A DNA stretch of 64,000 nt. It comes from an uncultured Verrucomicrobiae bacterium (GTDB lineage: Bacteria; Verrucomicrobiota; Verrucomicrobiia; Chthoniobacterales; JAFAMB01). The position numbers and the translations under genes are program-made. Of the stretch, positions 1-8,811 are shown piece after piece. Each line of letters begins with the position of its first letter. Positions within the stretch are counted from its first letter, which is position 1. The stretch lies in contig CAVXLD010000011.1 in assembly GCA_963762565.1 (NCBI GenBank), positions 96,001 to 160,000 on the forward strand. Reading direction: 5' to 3'. Under the pieces are notes generated by a model. That model was not told the DNA's origin. It saw only the letters and a list, made by a program, of their open reading frames with translations, and ran no database searches.

Positions 1-1
1 C

Positions 2-208
2 CGGGTTCAAATCAAGAAGGTTACGATCGGCCGCGATTTAGGGAGCAAATTGGAGATTGTGAGTGGGCTTTCACCCACGGACCGGATCGTGGTGAATCCA
101 GTGGATGGTTTGGCTAACGGGACGCTTGTTCGTGTGCAGGGCTCAAACGGGCAGGAAACGCAAAAACTTAGCGAAAGTGTGGCAAGCAAAACAATTTCCG
201 GGGGCTAA
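2..208 (+). CDS. RND efflux periplasmic adaptor (MFP), C-terminal fragment
   Basis: Frame 2 translates RVQIKKVTIGRDLGSKLEIVSGLSPTDRIVVNPVDGLANGTLVRV...GG*, a typical MFP C-terminus; runs off the left edge. Confidence 0.8.
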   Translation, partial: RVQIKKVTIGRDLGSKLEIVSGLSPTDRIVVNPVDGLANGTLVRVQGSNGQETQKLSESVASKTISGG

Positions 209-327
209 AAGCCTGAATGGCCGCGGATCGACGCCGATTCGAGCTCATGTGAATGACTCGTCAAATGATGCTCATGACGATCCGCGCCATTCAGGCTACC
301 TCTGAACCACAGATCGAAGATGAAATT

Positions 328-479
328 ATCCGCAGATTACACAGATTACGCAGATTTCGTTTTGCGGCTCCGCTCCAGCGCAAAACTAACGAAAACGCGA
401 TACCGCCAGAAGATGTTTTAGCTCACCGGCAGTATTCAACCTTAAGGAGTAATCTGCGAAATCTGCGTAATCTGCGGAT
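328..479. repeat. Hairpin element with inverted arms of 9-nt units (CGCAGATTA)n
   Basis: ATCCGCAGATTACACAGATTACGCAGATT at 328-356, inverted at 451-479; related copies at ~19169-19303 and ~44214-44315. Confidence 0.85.
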
Positions 480-591
480 TTAAAAACGGTTTTAGTTAGG
501 AAACGAAATGTTCAACAATTCAGCGATTAATGGCCTGCATTGCTCGGAGATGTATGCGTCCCACGACCGTGGGGTGGGCGCGGCAGGCTAA

Positions 592-1869
592 ATGCGAGAG
601 ATATCAGTTAAACATCCGCGGTTTAGAATCGGTCCACAATCCAAGTCGTTCATCTTCTTGTTGGCGGCGAGCATTGCGTTACCCTCTCTTTCGATCGATT
701 CATGCCTGGCATCGTTGCCAGTCATCGGCGTTTCCCTGGGTGTACACGCAGGCGACACCGTCTCTATTTTGAGCCTTTTCATGGTTGGGTTTGCGGGTGG
801 CCAACTCGCCTTCGGTCCGCTATCGGACCGAATCGGACGTCGCCCCGCGCTTCTTTTGGGTTGCGTTCTCTTTGCCGTTGCGGCGCTTGGTTGTGCCTGT
901 GCGCCCACGCTGACCGTCCTGGCTTTCTGGCGATTTGTTCAGGGACTGGGAGCTGCCGCTGGATCGGTTATTACGTTTGCCATCATCCGTGACCGTTTCT
1001 CCGGAGCCGCCGCCCGTTCCCGTCTATCTTACATTAGCGTGGTCGGCACTATTGCTCCGATCGTGGCCCCCACTCTCGGCGGTTTGATCGCCACTTGGGA
1101 AGGCTGGCGGGCCGTCTTTTTCTGGCTCGCCGCCGCAGCTGCACTCCTGGTCATCATCCTTCTCCTCGGTCTTGAAGAATCCTTGCCGAGTCGGAACCGC
1201 CATGCTTTGCAACCACGACATCTGGTCAAGAATTACTGGCGCGTCTTGTCTCGTCGAACCTGCCTTCTGTATTTGCTGATCGGCGGGTTCAGTTTTGGAG
1301 CGCTCTTTGCTTATGTAAGCGGCTCAGCTTTTGTGTTCATCGATGTCTTTCGAGTCGATCCACGGATCTTTGGCGCTCTTTTCGCGGTAAACGCATTTGC
1401 CATAGCCGTGGGCGCGTTCACCGGCGGCCGGCTGAGTACCCGCGGCGTTTCGGCAAATCGGTTAATTATCGCCGGCCTGCTCATCTCGTTTTGTGCGACG
1501 GCCGGGTTATTCGGTGGCGCAATCTGGGGATGGCTCAATGCGTTCTCGATCATGCCTCTCCTGGTTCTCAATACTTTCTCGATGGGGTTAGTCACGCCGA
1601 ACGCCGTCCATGGTGTCATGGAACCAATGCCCAGAATTGCCGGTGTCGCTTCCTCGGCATTCGGCGGTATCCGGATGCTCGGAGGCGCCATCTCGAGCGA
1701 ATTCGTAGCCATATTGTATCACGGAACGCCGGCTGCCATGGGTGAAACCATGGCCCTGTTTGCTGCCTGCGCTCTGTTTGTCGGCCTTCTCTTAATTCAG
1801 CCGCGACGGAACCAAGGGGAGCGCCGGGAACGAGCACAACCGATCGCGAACGCCCTTAACGCGCGATAG
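592..1869 (+). CDS. Bcr/CflA family MFS drug-resistance transporter
   Basis: Multi-TM protein with GQLAFGPLSDRIGRRP motif A and WRFVQGLG. Confidence 0.9.
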   Translation: MREISVKHPRFRIGPQSKSFIFLLAASIALPSLSIDSCLASLPVIGVSLGVHAGDTVSILSLFMVGFAGGQLAFGPLSDRIGRRPALLLGCVLFAVAALGCACAPTLTVLAFWRFVQGLGAAAGSVITFAIIRDRFSGAAARSRLSYISVVGTIAPIVAPTLGGLIATWEGWRAVFFWLAAAAALLVIILLLGLEESLPSRNRHALQPRHLVKNYWRVLSRRTCLLYLLIGGFSFGALFAYVSGSAFVFIDVFRVDPRIFGALFAVNAFAIAVGAFTGGRLSTRGVSANRLIIAGLLISFCATAGLFGGAIWGWLNAFSIMPLLVLNTFSMGLVTPNAVHGVMEPMPRIAGVASSAFGGIRMLGGAISSEFVAILYHGTPAAMGETMALFAACALFVGLLLIQPRRNQGERRERAQPIANALNAR

Positions 1870-1883
1870 GGGCGCCAAAATTG

Positions 1884-2065
1884 GGGAGGGCGCGCGTCCC
1901 CGCGCGCCGCGAGGAAGTGCCACAACCCAAAAGCGTATTGCCGTCAGTGATCACGACGCGTCCTCGGTTTCGGTAATAACGGATCGCGAGGATCCGACGT
2001 CGCCAGCCCTGGGGAAGAGGAAGCGGGTAACAGACGGCTATGTCGGACAGGCAGCGATCCCTCCC
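1884..2065. repeat. REP-doublet (family A, GGGAGGGCGCGCGTCCCCGCGCGCC / GGATCGCG...GCGATCCCTCCC) with nested insert
   Basis: Palindromic units in inverted pair; other copies at 3290-3411, 15072-15224, 16757-16936, 59685-59803, 60559-60682, ~62897-62922. Confidence 0.85.
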
Positions 2066-2100
2066 GGGCGATGGGCCTGCACTCGCGGAAAAATCCGAAC

Positions 2101-2150
2101 TTGACCTTTACCTAACGCGTGTTAGCTGTGCAGAAACTAACACGCGTTAG
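2101..2150 (+). promoter_or_regulatory. Putative -35 (TTGACC) and two LacI-type operators
   Basis: CTAACGCGTGTTAG (2112-2125) and its exact reverse complement CTAACACGCGTTAG (2137-2150) upstream of a sugar operon ending in a LacI gene. Confidence 0.7.
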
Positions 2151-2271
2151 CTAGCGAGATTTCCCCCCAGAAAATGCTCGGTCTCTCCCCATTGCCAATG
2201 ACCATCCACCAGTCACCAATCACTAATCACTAATCACATCCCCACCTTCGCGTCGCCTTCCAAATCCCCCT

Positions 2272-3228
2272 ATGTCTGTGCGCGCACAACCCAAGGCTAC
2301 CTCGCTACCTCAGCCCTCTGACTCTCGGCCTCGTCGTTCGTCTTCCTTTTTCCGCGCTCTTCGTTTCAGAGAATCTTATGCGGCTTGGATCTTTATCGCT
2401 CCGGCGGTAATCGGCTTCTTCACTTTCTATCTAATGCCGGCTTTCAGAGCGCTCTACATTAGCTCGACCGATTGGAACCTGCTGCGCGCTCCAAAATTCA
2501 TCGGCGCAGCCAACTTCTCGAAACTCTGGAATGACTCCGCCTTTTGGGAATCGATGAAGGTCACGCTGCTCTACGTGATCTACAATATCCCGATCCAAAC
2601 CGTCATCGGTCTGCTGTTAGCAGCGCTGCTCGCCCGCTTGGGGCGATCGGTAGTGCTTCGTTCAATGATCCTGGCTCCCTACCTGATCGCGAACGTTATC
2701 GCCGCGATCATCTGGTTTTGGATGCTCGATCCTCTACTGGGCTTTGGGAATGCTGTATTGCACTGGATCGGGATCGGCCGGGTCGCGTTTTTCAGCGACC
2801 AGCATCTGGCGTTGCCGACCGTCGCCATGGTCAACATTTGGCGACACATGGGATTAACGGCATTGCTGTTCTACACCGGGATGCAGGCCATCCCGAGGGA
2901 TATCTATGAAGCCGCCAAAATAGAAGGAGCGGGGCCCTGGAGAAACTTTTTTGGCATCACCTTGCCCTTGATTCGGCCAACCATGGTGTTCGTTCTGGTC
3001 ACCAGTATCATCGGGTCATTTCAAGTCTTTGATACGATCGCTGTAACCACCCTGGGCGGGCCGAACTACGCTACTCGAACCATCGTCTGGTACATCTACG
3101 AAAACGGCTTCGTTAACTTCCGGATGGGATACGCCTCTGCGCTATCATGCGCTCTCTTCGTGTGTCTTGCCATCGTCACATTAGTGCAAATGCGGATCCT
3201 TCGTTCCGGCCAATCAGAACTCGGATGA
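2272..3228 (+). CDS. Carbohydrate ABC transporter permease (MalF/UgpA type)
   Basis: EAA loop YEAAKIEGAGPWRNFFGITLPLIRP; TM segments. Confidence 0.93.
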   Translation: MSVRAQPKATSLPQPSDSRPRRSSSFFRALRFRESYAAWIFIAPAVIGFFTFYLMPAFRALYISSTDWNLLRAPKFIGAANFSKLWNDSAFWESMKVTLLYVIYNIPIQTVIGLLLAALLARLGRSVVLRSMILAPYLIANVIAAIIWFWMLDPLLGFGNAVLHWIGIGRVAFFSDQHLALPTVAMVNIWRHMGLTALLFYTGMQAIPRDIYEAAKIEGAGPWRNFFGITLPLIRPTMVFVLVTSIIGSFQVFDTIAVTTLGGPNYATRTIVWYIYENGFVNFRMGYASALSCALFVCLAIVTLVQMRILRSGQSELG

Positions 3229-3349
3229 ATACAAAACAAAAGCTGAACCGCGAATGGACACGAATGGACGCGAAGGTGGTCACTGACCAGGGAGGGATCG
3301 CGTCCCCGCGATCCGCCGTTCGCGAAGTTTCAACGCCGATTGCCATCCA

Positions 3350-4315
3350 ATGGCTAAGCTAGACCCAAGCGCTACGAACGGCTTCGAGGCGCGCGAGGAC
3401 GCGCGCCCTCCTGGGTTTGAGGCGCCGACGCGTGTCCATTCGGGGTTCAAATTTTCTGTCTGGGTCGGGTGGGGGATATTGGTCGTGTTTGCCATTGTCT
3501 CGCTTGGCCCAATGTGGATCGCGGTCAAGACCGCACTAAGCGATAGCAGCACGCTCTTCACCGGCGCGAGCTCCCTGCTGCCTCAACAGCCCACGCTTTT
3601 TAATTTCGAGCGTGTCATTGGCCTGGTGAATCCCAACGATCCGCGTCTCCAACAAACCAGCTTCGGCAAGGTTGACTTCTACCGGGCGCTGATGAATAGC
3701 GCTGCTTTTACTCTATTAGCCGTGGTCCCCCAAATCGCTTTCAGCGCTATGGCGGCTTTTGCCTTCGCGCGCCTTCGATTTTTTGGACGCAGACTAATCT
3801 TCTTCCTTTTTTTGGCTGCCACCATGATTCCTAGCGTGGTCCTCTTCATTCCCAATTTCATTCTGATCAAAGACCTCGGTTGGTTGAACACCTATCAAGG
3901 CATGGCGGCGCCGTACGCTTTGATGACGCCATTCGCGGTGTTTTTCTTGCGTCAGATGTTTCTATCTACGCCAAGAGAACTTGAAGAATCCGCCCTCATC
4001 GACGGCGCTTGCTATTTCACCATTTTCTTTCGGGTGGTACTCCCGGTGCATCGGTCGGCACTTGCTACCTTGACGATTCTGGCGGCACTGAATGCCTGGA
4101 ACGACTTCTTCTGGCCGTTCCTGGTCGGACGAGATCGCTCAATTCAAGTGATGGCGGTAGCCATTAACTCTTTCCGCGCGCAGCAAGCCGGCGGCGTGCC
4201 GGATTGGAGCGGTCTCATGGCCTGCACCGTTCTCGGTATCGTCCCGGTCGCCATCCTGCTTGTTCTCTTCGGACGCAAAGTAGTCGAATCCTTACAATAC
4301 ACCGGCTTCCGATAG
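3350..4315 (+). CDS. Carbohydrate ABC transporter permease (MalG type); 5' end interrupted by a repeat element
   Basis: EESALIDGA EAA motif, WNDFFWP; probable ancestral start ATG 3225 (see findings). Confidence 0.9.
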   Translation: MAKLDPSATNGFEAREDARPPGFEAPTRVHSGFKFSVWVGWGILVVFAIVSLGPMWIAVKTALSDSSTLFTGASSLLPQQPTLFNFERVIGLVNPNDPRLQQTSFGKVDFYRALMNSAAFTLLAVVPQIAFSAMAAFAFARLRFFGRRLIFFLFLAATMIPSVVLFIPNFILIKDLGWLNTYQGMAAPYALMTPFAVFFLRQMFLSTPRELEESALIDGACYFTIFFRVVLPVHRSALATLTILAALNAWNDFFWPFLVGRDRSIQVMAVAINSFRAQQAGGVPDWSGLMACTVLGIVPVAILLVLFGRKVVESLQYTGFR

Positions 4316-4499
4316 CGCGAGCGCTACGCGCATACCCAATAGCCAATAGCCAATGACAAATGACAAATGACAGAATGCCAAAAGCGCTACCAACGACTAA
4401 CCACTAGCCACTAACGACCAACCACCAATCACCAATCACCAATCACCAATCACTAATCACCTTTCACCTTCACCCCCACCTCCCCCCCACCTCCCCCTC

Positions 4500-5810
4500 A
4501 TGACCTCCCTGACTAAAGTACTGCTTGCGGCCAGCTTCGTGGCAGGGATTCCGGCACAGGGCGCAACGGAAATTAATTATTGGTTATGGGATAGTAACCA
4601 GCAACCCTCCTACCAAGCGTGTGCAGACGCGTTCGAGAAGGAAAATCCCGACATTAAAGTCAAAATCACCCAAACCGGGTGGTTTGATTACTGGACGTCA
4701 CTAAGTACAGCTTTTGTTTCCGGAACGGCACCGGACGTTTTCTGGGATCATCTGTCCCGCTATCCGGAGTTTATTGATAACGGCTTGCTTGTGGATCTCT
4801 CTCCGCTGATCGCTCGCGATCACGTACCGACAGATATCTACGTCGGCGGGTTAGTAAAAGTGTGGGGTAGGGACGGAAAGCAATACGGCCTACCGAAAGA
4901 CTGGGATACGATCGGGATCGTTTACAACGCGGACTTGCTCAAGAAGGCGGGCGTCGATCCTAAATCGTTGTGGGACCTGGATTGGAACCCAAAAGATGGC
5001 GGCTCTTTCGGCCAGCTTCTGGCCAAACTGACCGTTGATGAGGCCGGCAAGAACGGTTTGGATCCGGGCTTCACTCCGAAAGCCGTCAAGCAATACGGTC
5101 TGCTATTGAATGGGTTGTCAGACGGTCTCGGACACGAGGAATGGGCGAACTTCGCTGCTTCTGTGGGCTGGAATTATTGTGACGCTCCCTGGGCCACTCA
5201 TTTTTATTATGACGATCCTAAATTAGTAGCCACGATCCAATGGTTCGCCGAGATGAGTCTGAAAAAGGGGTTCATCGTGCCGGCAAAAGACGCTCGGCAA
5301 GCCCAAGCTACAGGCCTCTTTGCAGCCCAGAAAGGTGCTCTTGCCCTGACCGGATCATGGTTAGTTCATTGGTTCACGGAGAACTGTAAGTTTCCCATCG
5401 GGTTCGCTCCGTTGCCTAAAGGCCCGGTAGGCCGACGATCGGTAATCAATGGTCTCGCTGATTCCATTTGGGTTGGTAGTAAACACCAGGAAGAGGCTTG
5501 GAAATGGGTCAAGTTTCTTGCTTCTCCGGAAGCCCAAAAAATTGTGGGCAGCTATGGGATTGTCTTCCCGGCAATACCCGAAGCCGCGGAGATTTCTGAG
5601 AAAAAGATGGCTTCTAAGGGAGTCGACGTTTCGGCTTTTATGGAAGAAGGGAAAGCGCCAGGAGGGACTTTCTTTCTGCCGATCTCGGAGCACAGCAGCG
5701 ATGTAGTCCGGATCTTACGAGCAAATTTCGATTCTATCTTTCTAAACGGAACAGACCCGGCCACCGGCCTGGCCGCCGCGAACAAAGAGATCAACGCGCT
5801 GTTTCAATAA
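4500..5810 (+). CDS. Sugar ABC transporter substrate-binding protein
   Basis: Signal peptide; SBP_bac_1-like motifs (GTAPDVF, YGLPKDWD, EAWKWVKFL). Confidence 0.92.
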   Translation: MTSLTKVLLAASFVAGIPAQGATEINYWLWDSNQQPSYQACADAFEKENPDIKVKITQTGWFDYWTSLSTAFVSGTAPDVFWDHLSRYPEFIDNGLLVDLSPLIARDHVPTDIYVGGLVKVWGRDGKQYGLPKDWDTIGIVYNADLLKKAGVDPKSLWDLDWNPKDGGSFGQLLAKLTVDEAGKNGLDPGFTPKAVKQYGLLLNGLSDGLGHEEWANFAASVGWNYCDAPWATHFYYDDPKLVATIQWFAEMSLKKGFIVPAKDARQAQATGLFAAQKGALALTGSWLVHWFTENCKFPIGFAPLPKGPVGRRSVINGLADSIWVGSKHQEEAWKWVKFLASPEAQKIVGSYGIVFPAIPEAAEISEKKMASKGVDVSAFMEEGKAPGGTFFLPISEHSSDVVRILRANFDSIFLNGTDPATGLAAANKEINALFQ

Positions 5811-5880
5811 TCACTGTGTGCTTTTGCCACCAATCACCAATCACTTCTCACCCCTCACGAAAAAACAAACACCCCCGAAT

Positions 5881-7191
5881 ATGCGAAACCTAAATAGAAT
5901 CCTGATCCTGGCCAGCTTAGTTGCCGCCGGGATTTCAGCCAAGGCGGTTACCGAGATCACCTACTGGTTGTGGGATAACAATCAGCTGCCTGCTTACCAG
6001 GCCTGTGCGGCCGAGTTCGAAAAGCAGAACCCGGACATCAAAGTCAAGATTACCCAAACCGGCTGGTTTGATTATTGGAACTCGTTGAATACCGCGTTCG
6101 TTTCCGGTACCGCTCCGGATGTGATTACCAACCATCTGGCGCGCTACCCGGAATTTATTCAAAACAATCTGTTAGTCGATCTGGCCCCTTTGATTGCCCG
6201 AGACAAAGTGCCGACTAACATTTACCTGGGCGACCTGGTGAAGGTCTGGGGTCGGAATGGTAAACAATATGGCTTACCTAAAGATTGGGACACGATCGGG
6301 ATTGTGTACAACAAAGCGATGTTAGAGAAAGCTGGCATCGATCCGAAATCCTTATGGAACCTGGATTGGAATCCCAAAGACGGCGGCACGTTTGGCCAGG
6401 TCATTGCAAAACTGACATTGGATGCAAATGGCAAAAACGCGTTAGAACCCGGCTTCGACCCTAAGAACGTCAAGCAGTACGGTTTCTTAATCAATGGACA
6501 GGTGGATGGATACGGACAGGTGGAATGGAGCCATTTCGCCGTGTCGGACGGCTTCAAGTTCAACGATGGCCCGTGGGCCACTCACTTGAACTATGATGAT
6601 CCGAAGTTGGCCGAGACTATCCAGTGGATTGCTGGCGAGATGAAGAAGGGGATTATCGTACCGGCAGCCGATGCTCGGCAGGCGGGTAACAGCGGTCTAT
6701 TTGCGGCCCAAAAGGGTGCCATGGGTCTAGACGGGGACTGGATGGTGCATTGGTACACCGAGAACGCGAAATTTGAGATCGGGTTTGCGCCGTTACCAAA
6801 AGGCCCTGTCGGGCGACGAACGATGTTCAATGGTCTAGCTGACTCGATCTGGGTTGGCAGTAAACATCAGGCCGAAGCCTGGAAGTGGGTCAAATTCTTG
6901 GCATCACCTGAAGCTCAGAAGATTGTGGGGAGCTACGGCGTAGTCTTCCCGGCGGTACCCGATGCCACCGAGATTGCCAAAACTAAAATGGCTGCAAAAG
7001 GTGTCGACGTTTCCGCCTTTGTCGAAGAAGCGACGGATCCCAAAGCTACCTTCCTGTTCCCGATCACCGACCACGCCAGCGATATCAATCGGATTATGTC
7101 GGCAGCTTTTGACGCCATCTATCTGAACGGAGCAGATGCAGCCACCACCTTTAAAGCAGCCAATACAGAGGTAAATGCCCTGTTCCAATGA
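5881..7191 (+). CDS. Sugar ABC transporter substrate-binding protein (paralog of upstream gene)
   Basis: Colinear and highly similar to 4500-5810; ATG 5881 begins signal peptide MRNLNRILILASLVAAG. Confidence 0.92.
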   Translation: MRNLNRILILASLVAAGISAKAVTEITYWLWDNNQLPAYQACAAEFEKQNPDIKVKITQTGWFDYWNSLNTAFVSGTAPDVITNHLARYPEFIQNNLLVDLAPLIARDKVPTNIYLGDLVKVWGRNGKQYGLPKDWDTIGIVYNKAMLEKAGIDPKSLWNLDWNPKDGGTFGQVIAKLTLDANGKNALEPGFDPKNVKQYGFLINGQVDGYGQVEWSHFAVSDGFKFNDGPWATHLNYDDPKLAETIQWIAGEMKKGIIVPAADARQAGNSGLFAAQKGAMGLDGDWMVHWYTENAKFEIGFAPLPKGPVGRRTMFNGLADSIWVGSKHQAEAWKWVKFLASPEAQKIVGSYGVVFPAVPDATEIAKTKMAAKGVDVSAFVEEATDPKATFLFPITDHASDINRIMSAAFDAIYLNGADAATTFKAANTEVNALFQ

Positions 7192-7362
7192 CAGAATGAC
7201 AGATAACAAATGACAGATGACAGCTGGTTTTCGGTCCAGCGCGGCGGCCATCGGCCGCCAGGGCCGCACTGCGCCTACTCCGTCCACTCCGTCCACTGAA
7301 TATACCGAGCTGCTGACTGCCACGCGCCCCCCGAACGCCCTCTCACCTAAACCAAGACCCTC

Positions 7363-8685
7363 ATGACCCAAAGCACATCAAAACGAAAAATAGCTTTTAT
7401 TGGCGCCGGGAGCACTGTCTTCGCGAAGAATTTACTTGTCGATATTTTGTCGTTCCCTGAATTGGCCGATTCCAAGGTCTGTCTCTTCGATATTGACGCA
7501 GAACGGCTCCGGACATCCGAAATAGTTGCTCGGCGAATCGCTCAGCAATTAAAGGTAGCTCCAGAGATCGAGATAACCACCGATCGCGGACACGCGTTTG
7601 ATGGGGCTACCTATGCCATCAACATGATCCAGGTCGGTGGCTATCGTCCTTGCACGGTCACCGATTTTGAGATTCCAAAAAAGTATAGTCTACGTCAGAC
7701 GATTGCAGACACCCTGGGGATTGGTGGGATAATGCGTGCATTGCGGACGGTGCCTGTCCTGATTGCCATGGGCCACGAAATGGAGCGTCGTTGTCCGGAC
7801 GTTATCCATCTCAATTATGTCAATCCGATGGCGATGAATTGTTGGGCCTTGGCTCGGGCGACTAAGATCAAGACGGTCGGGCTTTGCCATAGTGTGCAAC
7901 ATACCGCTGAAGAGCTAGCTACGGACATTGGCGTCCCTGTTTCCGAGATCAATTATGTCGTCGCCGGGATCAATCACCTTGCTTTCTACCTGAAATTCGA
8001 ACGAAACGGAGAAGATCTATATCCGTTGATTCGGCGCGTAATAGAGGAAGGTGGGGTCCCGGCAGATAACCGGGTCCGGTACGATATGTTCCAGCGCTTA
8101 GACTATTTCGTTACGGAATCCAGCGAACACTTCTCTGAATATGTCCCTTGGTACATCAAGAAAGGTAGAGAAGATCTGATTGAACGGTACAACATTCCTT
8201 TGGACGAGTATCCGCGCCGGTGCGAACGGCAAATCGCAGGTTGGCAACAATTGAGAGACAGCTTGGAACAAACGGATTCGCCTATGGCGCTTGAACGCAG
8301 CGTCGAGTATGGATCAGGTATTATCCATAGCGTTGAGACCGGCCAACCAAGGGTAATCTATGGAAACGTTGAAAACCGCAACCTGATCACGAACCTGCCC
8401 AATGGCTGTTGCGTGGAAGTGCCGTGCCTGGTTGATAAAAACGGTATTCAGCCAGTGCAGATCGGCGCCATCCCTCCGCATCTGGCTGCTCTCATGCAAA
8501 CCAACATCAATGTTCAATCCTTGACTGTAGAAGCAATACTAACCGGCAAACGCGACTATATTTATCACGCGGCGATGTTAGATCCTCACACCGGGGCCGA
8601 ACTAGACTTAGATCAGATTTGGAGCCTGGTTGATGATTTGCTGGCCGCGCATAAAGATTGGCTACCCAAGGAGTTCGCGGGCTAA
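7363..8685 (+). CDS. melA: GH4 alpha-galactosidase/alpha-glucosidase
   Basis: KIAFIGAGS Rossmann start, QTIADTLGIGG, NYVNPM, GLCHSVQ, GINH, TESSEH. Confidence 0.88.
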   Translation: MTQSTSKRKIAFIGAGSTVFAKNLLVDILSFPELADSKVCLFDIDAERLRTSEIVARRIAQQLKVAPEIEITTDRGHAFDGATYAINMIQVGGYRPCTVTDFEIPKKYSLRQTIADTLGIGGIMRALRTVPVLIAMGHEMERRCPDVIHLNYVNPMAMNCWALARATKIKTVGLCHSVQHTAEELATDIGVPVSEINYVVAGINHLAFYLKFERNGEDLYPLIRRVIEEGGVPADNRVRYDMFQRLDYFVTESSEHFSEYVPWYIKKGREDLIERYNIPLDEYPRRCERQIAGWQQLRDSLEQTDSPMALERSVEYGSGIIHSVETGQPRVIYGNVENRNLITNLPNGCCVEVPCLVDKNGIQPVQIGAIPPHLAALMQTNINVQSLTVEAILTGKRDYIYHAAMLDPHTGAELDLDQIWSLVDDLLAAHKDWLPKEFAG

Positions 8686-8811
8686 CCAAGAGCCGCGATC
8701 GCCACTCCGTCTACTCAAGTCCACTTTTGTCCAGTGTCTCGCTCGACTGCCCACACCGCCCGCACAACCACCAAACGCCAAACGCCAACCGCCAAACGTG
8801 AACCCCCAACC

